Assembly (NCBI RefSeq): GCF_009914755.1
Contig: NC_060933.1
DNA from: the human T2T-CHM13v2.0 reference genome, Homo sapiens
Length of the DNA stretch: 64,000 bases
Strand: one strand, 5' to 3'
Every line of letters starts with the position of its first letter. The first letter of the stretch is position 1. The translations under genes were made by a program, and so were the position numbers. Shown piece after piece: positions 16,003-30,500 of the stretch. The notes beneath the pieces were generated by a model. The model had not been told where the DNA came from. It made no database searches and saw nothing but the letters and a program-made list of their open reading frames with translations.

Positions 16003-19000
16003 TCCATTCCATTGCATTCCATTCCATTCCATTCCATTCCATTCCATTCCATTCCATTCCATTCCATTCCGTTCCATTCCATTACATTCGGATTGATTGT
16101 ATTCAAGTCCCTTACTCTCCATTACATTCCATTCCATTCGGGTTTTTCCATTCCATTCCATTCCATTCCACTCCATTCCTTTGCACTCGGGTTGTTTCCA
16201 TTCCATTCCATTCGATTCCATTCCATTCCAATTCATTCCATTCCATTCTATTCCGTACCATTCCATTCCATTCCGTACAATTCCATTCCATTCCATTCCA
16301 CTCCGTTCCGTTCCGTTCCGTTCCGTTCCGTTCCATTCCATTCCATTCCATTCTATTCGGTTTAATTCCATTCCATTCCATTCCATTCCATTCCATACAA
16401 TTCCATTCCATTCCATTCCATTCCGTTCCTTTCCGTTCCGTTCCGTTCCATTCCGTTCCGTTCCATTCCATTCCATTCCATTCTATTTGGGTTAATTGCA
16501 TTCCATTCCATTCGATTGCAATCGAGTTGATTCCATTCCATTCCATTCCATTCCGTTCCGGATGATTCCATTCTATTGCATTCCATTCCATTCCATTCCC
16601 CTGCAGTCGGGTTGATTCCATTCCATTCCATTCCATTCCATTCCGTTCCATTCCATTCCATTCCATTCTATTCGGGTTAATTCCATTCCATTCCTTTCCA
16701 TTCCATTCCATTCCATTCCAATCGAGTTGATTCCATTCCATTCCATTCCATTCCATTCCACTCCATTCCAGTCCTTTCCATTCCATTACACTCGGGTTGA
16801 TTCCATTCTATTCCTTTCCATTCCATTCCATTCCATTGCAATCGAGTTGATTCCATTGCTTTGCATTCCATTCCATTCCATTCCATTCCGGATGATTCCA
16901 TTCCATTGCATTCCATTCCATTCCATTCCCCTGCACTCGGGTTGATTCCATTCCATTCCACTCCATTCCGTTCCATTCTAGTCCATTCCATTGTATTCGG
17001 GTTAATTCCATTCCATTCCATTCCATTCCATTCCATTACAATGTAGTTGATTCCATTCAATTCCATTCCATTCCATTCCATTCCAGTCCTTTCCATTCCA
17101 TTCCACTCGGGTTGATTCCATTCTATTAGTTTCCATTCCATTCCATTCCCTTCCATTCCAATCTGGTTGATTCCATTCCTTTCCATTCCACTCGAATACA
17201 TTCCCTCCTATTCCACTCAGAACGATTCCATTCCATTCCATTCCATTCCATTCCATTCCAGTTCGTTCCATTCCATTCTATTCCGTACCATTCTATTCCA
17301 TTTCATTCCTTTCCATTCCATTCCATTCCACTCGTGGTGATTCCATTCCTTTCCATTCCATTCGGTTTGAAGGCATTCCATTCCATTCAACTCCATTCCA
17401 TTCCATTCCATTCCATTCCATTCCATTCCATTCCATTCCATTGTACTCGAGTTGATTCCATTCCATTACATTCAATTCCATTCCATTCCATTCCATTGTA
17501 CTCGAGTTGATTCCATTCCATTGCATTCCATTCCATTCCATTCCATTCCATTCCGTTGCATTCCATTCCATTACATTCGGATTGATTCTATTCAACTCCC
17601 TTACTCTCCATTACATTCCATTCCATTCGGGTTGTTCCATTCCATTCCATTCCATTCCACTCCATTCCATTGCACTCGGGTTGATTCCATTCCATTCCAT
17701 TCCATTCCATTCCGGATGATTCCATTCCATTGCATTCCGTTCCATTACATTTCCCTGCACTCGCGTTGATTCCATTCCATTCCATTCCATTCCATTCCAT
17801 TCCATTCCATTCAATTCCATTCCATTGCAATTCGTTCCATTCCATTCTATTCCGTACCATTCCATTCCATTCCATACCATTCCATTCCATTCCGTTCCAT
17901 TCTTTTCCTTTCCATTCCATTCCATTCTATTCGGATTAATTCCATTCCATTCCATTCCATTCCATTCTATTCCATTCCATTGCAATCGAGTTGAATCCAT
18001 TGCATTTCATTCCATTCCATTCCATTCCATTCCATTCCATTCCGGAAGATTCCATTCCATTGCATTCCATTCCATACCATTCCCCTGCACTCGCGTTGAT
18101 TCCATTCCATTCCATTCCATTCCATTCCATTCTGTTCCGTTCAATTCCATTCCATTCCATTCCATTCCATTCCATTCCGTTCCGTTCCATTCCATTCCAT
18201 TCCATTCTATTCGGGTTAATTCCATTCCATTCCATTCGATTGCAATCGAGTTGATTCCATTCCATTCCATTCCATTCCATTCCATTCCATTCCTTTCCAT
18301 TCCATTACGGATGATTCCATTCCATTGCATTCCATTCCATTCCATTCCCCTGTACTCGGGTTGATTCCATTCCATTCCATTCCAATCCATGCCATTCCAC
18401 TCGTGTTGATTCCATTCTTTCCATTCCATTCAAGTTGAATCCATTCCATTGCATTCCATTCCATTCGATTCCATTCAATTGCACTCGGGTTGATTCCATT
18501 ACATTGCATTCCATTCCATTCCATTCCATTCCATTCCATTCCAGTCCGTTCCATTCCATTCCATTACATTCGGATTGATTCTATTCAATTCCCTTACACT
18601 CCATTACATTCCATTCCATTCGGGTAGTTTCCATTCCATTCCATTCCATTCCTCTCCATTCCATTGCTCTCGGGTTGATTCCATTCCATTGCATTCCATT
18701 CCATTCCATTCAATTCCATTCCGTTCCATTCCATTCCATTACATTCGGATTGATTCTATTCAACTCCCTTACTCTCCATTACATTCCGTTCCATTCGGGT
18801 TGTTCCATTCCATTCCATTCCATTCCACTCCATTCCACTGCACTCGGGTTGATTCCATTCCATTCCATTCCATTCCATTCCATTCCGGAAGATTCCATTC
18901 CATTGCATTTCATTCCATTCCATTCCCCTGCACTCACGTTGATTCCATTCCATTCCATTCTATTCCATTCCATTCCTTTCCTTTCCGTTCCATTCCATTC

Positions 19001-22000
19001 CATTCCATTCCATTCCGTTCCGTTCCGTTCCATTCCATTCCATTCCATTCTATTTGGGTTAATTCCATTCCATTCCATTCGATTGCAATCGAGTTGATTC
19101 TATTCTATTCCATTCCATTCCATTCCATTCCATTCCATTCCTTTCCATTCCATTACGGATGATTCCATTCCATTGCATTCCATTCCATTCCATTCCCCTG
19201 TACTCGGGTTGACTCCATTCCATTCCATTCCAATCCATGCCATTCTACTCGTGTTGATTCCATTCTTTCCATTCCATTCAAGTTGAATCCATTCCATTGC
19301 ATTCCATTCCATTCCATACCCCTGCAGTCTGGTTGATTCCATTCCATTCCATTCCATTCCATTCCATTCAATTCCTTTCCGTTCCGTTCCGTTCCATTCC
19401 ATTCCATTCCATTCTATTCGGGTTAAGTCCATTCCATTCCATTCCATTCCATTCCATTCCATTCCATTCCATTCCAATCGAGTTGATTCCATTCCATTCC
19501 ATTCCATTCCATTCCACTCCATTCCAGTCCTTTCCATTCCATTCCACTCGGGTTGATTCCAATGTATTCCTTTCCATTCCATTCCATTCCATTGCAATCG
19601 AGTTGATTCCATTGCTTTGCATTCCATTCCATTCCATTCCATTCCGGATGACTCCATTCCATTGCATTCCATTCCATTGCATTCCCCTGCACTCGGGTTG
19701 ATTCCATTCCATTCCACTCCATTCCGTTGCATTCCATTCCATTCCATTGTATTCGGGTTAATTCCATTCCATTCCATTCCATTCCATTCCATTCCATTCC
19801 ATTCTATTACAATCGAGTTGATTCCATTCCATTCCACTCCATTCCATTCCAGTCCTTTCCATTCCATTCCACTCGGGTTGATTCCATTCTATTAGTTTCC
19901 ATTCCATTCCGTTCCCTTCCATTCCACTCTGGTTGATTCCATTCCTTTCCATTCCACTCGAATACATTCCCTCCTATTCCACTCGGAACGATTCCATTCC
20001 ATTCCATTCCATTCCATTCCATTCCATTCCATTTCATTCCATTCCATTTCGTTCCATTACATTCTATTCCGTATCATTCCATTCCATTCCATTCCATTCC
20101 ATTCCATTCCATTCCATTCCACTCGTGTTGATTCCATTCCTTTCCATTCCATTCGGTTTGAAGGCATTCCATTCCATTCCATTCCATTCCATTCCATTCC
20201 ATTCCATTCCATTGTACTCGGGTTGATTCCATTCCATTGCATTCCATCCCATTCCATTCCATTCCAATCCGTTGCATTCCATTCCATTACATTCGGATTG
20301 ATTCTATTGAACTCCCTTACTCTCCATTACATTCCAATCCATTCGGGTTGTTCCATTCCATTCCATTCCATTCCACTCCATTCCATTGCACTCGGGTTGA
20401 TTCCATTCCTTTCCATTCCATTCCATTCCATTCCGGATGATTCCATTCCATTGCATTCCGTTCCATTACATTCCCCTGCACTCGCGTTGATTCCATTCCA
20501 TTCTATTCCATTCCATTCCATTCCATTCCATTCCATTAGAATTCGTTCCATTCCATTCTATTCCGTACCATTCCATTCCATTCCATACCATTCCATTCTA
20601 TTCCATTCCATTCCATTCCATTTCGTTCCATTCCGTTCCATTCCATTCCATTCCATTCTATTCGGGTTAATTCCATTCCATTCCATTCCATTCCATTCCA
20701 TTCCATTCCATTCCATTCCATTTCATTGCAATCGAGTTGATTCCATTGCATTCCATTCCATTCCATTCCAGTCCTTTCCATTCCATTCCACTCGGGTTGA
20801 TTCCATTCCATTCCATTCCGTTCCATTCCGGATGACTCCATTCCATTGCATTCCATTCCATTCCATTCCCCTGCACTCGGTTTCATTACATTCCATTCCA
20901 TTCACTTCCATTCCATTCCATTCCATTCCATTCCATTCCATTCCATTCCATTCCATTCCATTCCATTTCAATCGAGTTGATTCCATTCCATTCTATTCCG
21001 TACCATTCCATTCCATTCCATTCCATTCCATTCCATTCCATTCCATTCCATTTCCTTCCATTCCATTCCATTCCATTCCATTCCATTCCATTGCATTCCA
21101 TTCCATTGTATTAGGGTTAATTCCATTCCATTCCATTCCATTCCATTCCATTCCATGCCATTCCACTCGGGTTGATTCCATTCCTTTCCATTCCATTCGA
21201 GTTGAATCCATTCCATTCCATTCCATTCCATTCCATTCCATTGCACACAGGTTCATTTCATTCCATTCCATTCCATTCCATTTCGTTCCTTTCCATTCTA
21301 TTCCATACGATTCCATTCCATTCCATTCCATTAGACTCCATTCCATGCCATTCCACTCGGTTTTATTCCATTCGTTTCCATTCCATTCGGGTTGAATCCA
21401 TTGCATTCCATTCCATTCGATTCCATTACATTGCACTCGTGTTGTTTCCATTCCATTCCATTCCATTCTATTGCATTCCATTCCATTCCATTCCATTCCA
21501 TGCCATTCCACTCGGTTTGATTTCATTCCATTCCGTTCCATTCGAGTCGAACCCATTCCATTCCATTCCATTCCATTCCAATCCATTGCACACGGGTTCA
21601 TTCCATTCCATACCATTCCATTCCATTCCATTTCGTTCCATTCCATTCTATTCGGTACCATTCCATTCCATTCCATTCGGTTCCATTCCATTCCATTCCA
21701 TTCCAATCCATTCCAATCCATGCCATTCCACTTGGGTTGATTCCCTTCCTTTCCATTCCATTCGGGTTGAATCCATTCCATTCCATTCCATTCCATTCCA
21801 TTCCATTCCATTCCTTTCAATTCCATTGCACACGGGTTGGTTCCATTCCATTCTTTCCGTTCCATTCCGGATGACTCCATTCCATTGCATTCCATTCCAT
21901 TCCATTCCCCTGCACTCGGGTTCATTACCTTCCATTCCATTTACTTCCATTCCATTCCATTCCATTCTATTCGGGTTAATTCCATTCCATTCCATTCCAT

Positions 22001-24578
22001 TCCATTCCATTCCATTCCATTCCATTGCAATCGAGTTGATTCCATTCCATTCCATTCAATTCCGGATGATTCCATTCCATTGCCTTCAATTCCATTCCAT
22101 TCCCCTGCACTCGGGTTGATTCCATTCCATTCCATTCCAATCCATGCCATTCCACTCGTGTTGATTCCATTCTTTCCATTCCATTCAAGTTGAATCCATT
22201 ACATTGCATTCCATTCCATTCGATTCCATTCGATTGCACTCGGGTTGATTCCATTCCATTGCATTCCATTCCATTCCATTCCATTCCATTCCATTCCGTA
22301 GCATTCCATTCCATTACATTCGGATTGATTCTATTCAACTCCCTTACTCTCCATTACATTCCATTCCATTCGGGTTGTTCCATTCCATTCCATTCCATTC
22401 CACTCCATTCCATTGCACTCGGGTTGATTCCATTCCATTCCATTGCATTCCATTCCATTCCATTCCATTCCGGATGATTCCATTCCATTGCATTCCGTTC
22501 CATTACATTCCCCTGCACTCGCGTTGATTCCATTCCATTCCATTCCATTCCATTCCATTCCATTCCATTCCATTACAATTCGTTCCATTCCATTCTATTC
22601 CGTACCATTCCATTCCATTCCATACCATTTCATTCCATTCCATTCCATTCCATTCCGTTCCATTCCATTCCATTCCATTCTATTCGGATTAATTCCATTC
22701 CATTCCTTTCCATTCCATTCTATTCCATTCCATTGCAATCGAGTTGAATCCATTGCATTTCATTCCATTCCATTCCATTTCATTCCATTCCAGAAGATTC
22801 CATTCCATTGCATTCCATTCCATTCCATTCCCCTGCACTCGCGTTGATTCCATTCCATTCCATTCCATTCCATTCCATTCCATTCCATTCCGTTCCCTTC
22901 CATTCCATTCCATTCCATTCCATTCCATTCCGTTCCGTTCCATTCCATTCCATTCCATTCTATTCGGGTTAATTCCATTCCATTCCATTCGATTGCAATC
23001 GAGTTGATTCCATTCCATTCCATTCCATTCCACTCCATTCCATTGCACTCGGGTTGATTCCATTCCATTCCATTCCATTCCATTCCATTCCATTCCATTC
23101 CATTCCATTCCGGAAGATTCCTTTCCATTGCATTCCATTCCATTCCATTCCCCTGCACTCGCGTTGATTCCATTCCATTCCATTCTATTCCATTCCATTC
23201 CCTTCCTTTCCGTTCCATTCCATTCCATTCCATTCCATTCCATTCCATTCCATTCCGTTCCGTTCCATTCCATTCCATTCCATTCTATTCGGTTAATTCC
23301 ATTCCATTCCATTCGATTGCAATCGAGTTGATTCCATTCCATTCCATTCCATTCCATTCCATTCCATTCCATTCCTTTCCATTCCATTACGGATGATTCC
23401 ATTCCATTGCATTCCATTCCATTCCATTCCCCTGTACTCGGGTTGATTCCATTCCATTCCATTCCAATCCATGCCATTCCACTCGTGTTGATTCCATTCT
23501 TTCCATTCCATTCAAGTTGAATCCATTCCATTGCATTCCATTCCATTCGATTCCATTCGATTGCACTCGGGTTGATTCCATTCCATTCCATTCCATTCCA
23601 TTCCATTCCATTCCGTTCCATTCCATTCCATTACATTCGGATTGATTCTATTCAATTCCCTTACACTCCATTACATTCCATTCCATTCGGGTAGTTTCTA
23701 TTCCATTCCATTCCATTCCTCTCCTTTCCATTGCACTCGGGTTGATTCCATTCCATTGCATTCCATTCCATTCCATTCAATTCCATTCCGTTCCATTCCA
23801 TTCCATTACATTCGGATTGATTCTATTCAACTCCCTTACTCTCGATTACATTCCATTCCATTCGGGTTGTTCCATTCCATTCCATTCCATTCCACTCCAT
23901 TCCATTGCACTCGGGTTGATTCCATTCCATTCCATTGCATTCCATTCCATTCCATTCCATTCCGGAAGATTCCTTTCCATTGCATTCCATTCCATTCCAT
24001 TCCCCTGCACTCGCGTTGATTCCATTCCATTCCATTCTATTCCATTCCATTCCCTTCCTTTCCGTTCCATTCCATTCCATTCCATTCCATTCCATTCCAT
24101 TCCATTCCGTTCCGTTCCATTCCATTCCATTCCATTCTATTCGGTTAATTCCATTCCATTCCATTCGATTGCAATCGAGTTGATTCCATTCCATTCCATT
24201 CCATTCCATTCCATTCCATTCCTTTCCATTCCATTACGGATGATTCCATTCCATTGAATTCCATTCCATTCCATTCCCCTGTACTCGGGTTGATTCCATT
24301 CCATTCCATTCCAATCCATGCCATTCCACTCGTGTTGATTCCATTCTTTCCATCCAATTCAAGTTGAATCCATTCCATTGCATTCCATTCCATTCGATTC
24401 CATTCGATTGCACTCGGGTTGATTCCATTCCATTGCATTCCATTCCATTCCATTCCATTCCATTCCATTCCGTTCCATTCCATTTCATTACATACAGATT
24501 TATGCTATTCAATTCCCTTACACTCCATTATATTCCAATCCATTCTGGTTGTTTCCATTCCATTCCATTCCATTTCAC
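16003..24578 (+). repeat. 8.58-kb tandem duplication, copy 1
   Basis: Private variants recur at offsets 8576/8581/8576/8571: gattgtattcaagtccc (~16095/~24671), ggtacc (21654/30230), catacagatttatgc (24491/33062). Identical ORF translations at 16097/24673, 17825/26401, 21172/29748 and 23642/32213. Confidence 0.95.
20820..21950 (+). repeat. Divergent HSat3 island type 1
   Basis: Contains words not seen in the bulk array (ttgcacac[a/g]ggtt x3, ttagactcc, gagtcgaaccc, ggtacc). It lacks the otherwise ubiquitous cggattgattctattcaa landmark. Confidence 0.75.
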
Positions 24579-27500
24579 TCCATTCCATTGCATTCCATTC
24601 CATTCCATTCCATTCCATTCCATTCCATTCCATTCCATTCCATTCCGTTCCATTCCATTACATTCGGATTGATTGTATTCAAGTCCCTTACTCTCCATTA
24701 CATTCCATTCCATTCGGGTTTTTCCATTCCATTCCATTCCATTCCACTCCATTCCTTTGCACTCGGGTTGTTTCCATTCCATTCCATTCGATTCCATTCC
24801 ATTCCAATTCATTCCATTCCATTCTATTCCGTACCATTCCATTCCATTCCGTACAATTCCATTCCATTCCATTCCACTCCGTTCCGTTCCGTTCCGTTCC
24901 GTTCCGTTCCATTCCATTCCATTCCATTCTATTCGGTTTAATTCCATTCCATTCCATTCCATTCCATTCCATACAATTCCATTCCATTCCATTCCATTCC
25001 GTTCCTTTCCGTTCCGTTCCGTTCCATTCCGTTCCGTTCCATTCCATTCCATTCCATTCTATTTGGGTTAATTGCATTCCATTCCATTCGATTGCAATCG
25101 AGTTGATTCCATTCCATTCCATTCCATTCCGTTCCGGATGATTCCATTCTATTGCATTCCATTCCATTCCATTCCCCTGCAGTCGGGTTGATTCCATTCC
25201 ATTCCATTCCATTCCATTCCGTTCCATTCCATTCCATTCCATTCTATTCGGGTTAATTCCATTCCATTCCTTTCCATTCCATTCCATTCCATTCCAATCG
25301 AGTTGATTCCATTCCATTCCATTCCATTCCATTCCACTCCATTCCAGTCCTTTCCATTCCATTACACTCGGGTTGATTCCATTCTATTCCTTTCCATTCC
25401 ATTCCATTCCATTGCAATCGAGTTGATTCCATTGCTTTGCATTCCATTCCATTCCATTCCATTCCGGATGATTCCATTCCATTGCATTCCATTCCATTCC
25501 ATTCCCCTGCACTCGGGTTGATTCCATTCCATTCCACTCCATTCCGTTCCATTCTAGTCCATTCCATTGTATTCGGGTTAATTCCATTCCATTCCATTCC
25601 ATTCCATTCCATTACAATGTAGTTGATTCCATTCAATTCCATTCCATTCCATTCCATTCCAGTCCTTTCCATTCCATTCCACTCGGGTTGATTCCATTCT
25701 ATTAGTTTCCATTCCATTCCATTCCCTTCCATTCCAATCTGGTTGATTCCATTCCTTTCCATTCCACTCGAATACATTCCCTCCTATTCCACTCAGAACG
25801 ATTCCATTCCATTCCATTCCATTCCATTCCATTCCAGTTCGTTCCATTCCATTCTATTCCGTACCATTCTATTCCATTTCATTCCTTTCCATTCCATTCC
25901 ATTCCACTCGTGGTGATTCCATTCCTTTCCATTCCATTCGGTTTGAAGGCATTCCATTCCATTCAACTCCATTCCATTCCATTCCATTCCATTCCATTCC
26001 ATTCCATTCCATTCCATTGTACTCGAGTTGATTCCATTCCATTACATTCAATTCCATTCCATTCCATTCCATTGTACTCGAGTTGATTCCATTCCATTGC
26101 ATTCCATTCCATTCCATTCCATTCCATTCCGTTGCATTCCATTCCATTACATTCGGATTGATTCTATTCAACTCCCTTACTCTCCATTACATTCCATTCC
26201 ATTCGGGTTGTTCCATTCCATTCCATTCCATTCCACTCCATTCCATTGCACTCGGGTTGATTCCATTCCATTCCATTCCATTCCATTCCGGATGATTCCA
26301 TTCCATTGCATTCCGTTCCATTACATTTCCCTGCACTCGCGTTGATTCCATTCCATTCCATTCCATTCCATTCCATTCCATTCCATTCAATTCCATTCCA
26401 TTGCAATTCGTTCCATTCCATTCTATTCCGTACCATTCCATTCCATTCCATACCATTCCATTCCATTCCGTTCCATTCTTTTCCTTTCCATTCCATTCCA
26501 TTCTATTCGGATTAATTCCATTCCATTCCATTCCATTCCATTCTATTCCATTCCATTGCAATCGAGTTGAATCCATTGCATTTCATTCCATTCCATTCCA
26601 TTCCATTCCATTCCATTCCGGAAGATTCCATTCCATTGCATTCCATTCCATACCATTCCCCTGCACTCGCGTTGATTCCATTCCATTCCATTCCATTCCA
26701 TTCCATTCTGTTCCGTTCAATTCCATTCCATTCCATTCCATTCCATTCCATTCCGTTCCGTTCCATTCCATTCCATTCCATTCTATTCGGGTTAATTCCA
26801 TTCCATTCCATTCGATTGCAATCGAGTTGATTCCATTCCATTCCATTCCATTCCATTCCATTCCATTCCTTTCCATTCCATTACGGATGATTCCATTCCA
26901 TTGCATTCCATTCCATTCCATTCCCCTGTACTCGGGTTGATTCCATTCCATTCCATTCCAATCCATGCCATTCCACTCGTGTTGATTCCATTCTTTCCAT
27001 TCCATTCAAGTTGAATCCATTCCATTGCATTCCATTCCATTCGATTCCATTCAATTGCACTCGGGTTGATTCCATTACATTGCATTCCATTCCATTCCAT
27101 TCCATTCCATTCCATTCCATTCCAGTCCGTTCCATTCCATTCCATTACATTCGGATTGATTCTATTCAATTCCCTTACACTCCATTACATTCCATTCCAT
27201 TCGGGTAGTTTCCATTCCATTCCATTCCATTCCTCTCCATTCCATTGCTCTCGGGTTGATTCCATTCCATTGCATTCCATTCCATTCCATTCAATTCCAT
27301 TCCGTTCCATTCCATTCCATTACATTCGGATTGATTCTATTCAACTCCCTTACTCTCCATTACATTCCGTTCCATTCGGGTTGTTCCATTCCATTCCATT
27401 CCATTCCACTCCATTCCACTGCACTCGGGTTGATTCCATTCCATTCCATTCCATTCCATTCCATTCCGGAAGATTCCATTCCATTGCATTTCATTCCATT

Positions 27501-30500
27501 CCATTCCCCTGCACTCACGTTGATTCCATTCCATTCCATTCTATTCCATTCCATTCCTTTCCTTTCCGTTCCATTCCATTCCATTCCATTCCATTCCGTT
27601 CCGTTCCGTTCCATTCCATTCCATTCCATTCTATTTGGGTTAATTCCATTCCATTCCATTCGATTGCAATCGAGTTGATTCTATTCTATTCCATTCCATT
27701 CCATTCCATTCCATTCCATTCCTTTCCATTCCATTACGGATGATTCCATTCCATTGCATTCCATTCCATTCCATTCCCCTGTACTCGGGTTGACTCCATT
27801 CCATTCCATTCCAATCCATGCCATTCTACTCGTGTTGATTCCATTCTTTCCATTCCATTCAAGTTGAATCCATTCCATTGCATTCCATTCCATTCCATAC
27901 CCCTGCAGTCTGGTTGATTCCATTCCATTCCATTCCATTCCATTCCATTCAATTCCTTTCCGTTCCGTTCCGTTCCATTCCATTCCATTCCATTCTATTC
28001 GGGTTAAGTCCATTCCATTCCATTCCATTCCATTCCATTCCATTCCATTCCATTCCAATCGAGTTGATTCCATTCCATTCCATTCCATTCCATTCCACTC
28101 CATTCCAGTCCTTTCCATTCCATTCCACTCGGGTTGATTCCAATGTATTCCTTTCCATTCCATTCCATTCCATTGCAATCGAGTTGATTCCATTGCTTTG
28201 CATTCCATTCCATTCCATTCCATTCCGGATGACTCCATTCCATTGCATTCCATTCCATTGCATTCCCCTGCACTCGGGTTGATTCCATTCCATTCCACTC
28301 CATTCCGTTGCATTCCATTCCATTCCATTGTATTCGGGTTAATTCCATTCCATTCCATTCCATTCCATTCCATTCCATTCCATTCTATTACAATCGAGTT
28401 GATTCCATTCCATTCCACTCCATTCCATTCCAGTCCTTTCCATTCCATTCCACTCGGGTTGATTCCATTCTATTAGTTTCCATTCCATTCCGTTCCCTTC
28501 CATTCCACTCTGGTTGATTCCATTCCTTTCCATTCCACTCGAATACATTCCCTCCTATTCCACTCGGAACGATTCCATTCCATTCCATTCCATTCCATTC
28601 CATTCCATTCCATTTCATTCCATTCCATTTCGTTCCATTACATTCTATTCCGTATCATTCCATTCCATTCCATTCCATTCCATTCCATTCCATTCCATTC
28701 CACTCGTGTTGATTCCATTCCTTTCCATTCCATTCGGTTTGAAGGCATTCCATTCCATTCCATTCCATTCCATTCCATTCCATTCCATTCCATTGTACTC
28801 GGGTTGATTCCATTCCATTGCATTCCATCCCATTCCATTCCATTCCAATCCGTTGCATTCCATTCCATTACATTCGGATTGATTCTATTGAACTCCCTTA
28901 CTCTCCATTACATTCCAATCCATTCGGGTTGTTCCATTCCATTCCATTCCATTCCACTCCATTCCATTGCACTCGGGTTGATTCCATTCCTTTCCATTCC
29001 ATTCCATTCCATTCCGGATGATTCCATTCCATTGCATTCCGTTCCATTACATTCCCCTGCACTCGCGTTGATTCCATTCCATTCTATTCCATTCCATTCC
29101 ATTCCATTCCATTCCATTAGAATTCGTTCCATTCCATTCTATTCCGTACCATTCCATTCCATTCCATACCATTCCATTCTATTCCATTCCATTCCATTCC
29201 ATTTCGTTCCATTCCGTTCCATTCCATTCCATTCCATTCTATTCGGGTTAATTCCATTCCATTCCATTCCATTCCATTCCATTCCATTCCATTCCATTCC
29301 ATTTCATTGCAATCGAGTTGATTCCATTGCATTCCATTCCATTCCATTCCAGTCCTTTCCATTCCATTCCACTCGGGTTGATTCCATTCCATTCCATTCC
29401 GTTCCATTCCGGATGACTCCATTCCATTGCATTCCATTCCATTCCATTCCCCTGCACTCGGTTTCATTACATTCCATTCCATTCACTTCCATTCCATTCC
29501 ATTCCATTCCATTCCATTCCATTCCATTCCATTCCATTCCATTTCAATCGAGTTGATTCCATTCCATTCTATTCCGTACCATTCCATTCCATTCCATTCC
29601 ATTCCATTCCATTCCATTCCATTCCATTTCCTTCCATTCCATTCCATTCCATTCCATTCCATTCCATTGCATTCCATTCCATTGTATTAGGGTTAATTCC
29701 ATTCCATTCCATTCCATTCCATTCCATTCCATGCCATTCCACTCGGGTTGATTCCATTCCTTTCCATTCCATTCGAGTTGAATCCATTCCATTCCATTCC
29801 ATTCCATTCCATTCCATTGCACACAGGTTCATTTCATTCCATTCCATTCCATTCCATTTCGTTCCTTTCCATTCTATTCCATACGATTCCATTCCATTCC
29901 ATTCCATTAGACTCCATTCCATGCCATTCCACTCGGTTTTATTCCATTCGTTTCCATTCCATTCGGGTTGAATCCATTGCATTCCATTCCATTCGATTCC
30001 ATTACATTGCACTCGTGTTGTTTCCATTCCATTCCATTCCATTCTATTGCATTCCATTCCATTCCATTCCATTCCATGCCATTCCACTCGGTTTGATTTC
30101 ATTCCATTCCGTTCCATTCGAGTCGAACCCATTCCATTCCATTCCATTCCATTCCAATCCATTGCACACGGGTTCATTCCATTCCATACCATTCCATTCC
30201 ATTCCATTTCGTTCCATTCCATTCTATTCGGTACCATTCCATTCCATTCCATTCGGTTCCATTCCATTCCATTCCATTCCAATCCATTCCAATCCATGCC
30301 ATTCCACTTGGGTTGATTCCCTTCCTTTCCATTCCATTCGGGTTGAATCCATTCCATTCCATTCCATTCCATTCCATTCCATTCCATTCCTTTCAATTCC
30401 ATTGCACACGGGTTGGTTCCATTCCATTCTTTCCGTTCCATTCCGGATGACTCCATTCCATTGCATTCCATTCCATTCCATTCCCCTGCACTCGGGTTCA

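Noticed and set aside
18491-18501. DUX4-like site (TGATTCCATTA)
   Set aside because: A rare, degenerate match expected by chance in this background; the common word tgattctattca does not fit the consensus.
20223-21395. Long + strand ORFs (up to 390 aa; also 49673-50770) of IPFHS repeats
   Set aside because: (CATTC)3 encodes a 5-aa cycle with no stop in any frame. The ORFs overlap in all six frames, often begin at non-ATG codons, have no domain content, and are not preserved between near-identical copies (390 aa vs 250 aa at 28804).
20820-21950. Island as an LTR-type or other mobile element because of its flanking direct repeats
   Set aside because: The interior and the flanks are all CATTC-derived. 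There are no TG..CA termini, coding capacity, poly(A) or target-site duplication.
24491-24560. Degenerate patch catacagatttatgc...tatattccaatcc as possible foreign insertion or TATA promoter
   Set aside because: It aligns base for base with the cggattgattctattcaattcccttacac module, and intermediates exist at ~47251 and ~49496. It is a mutated satellite module.
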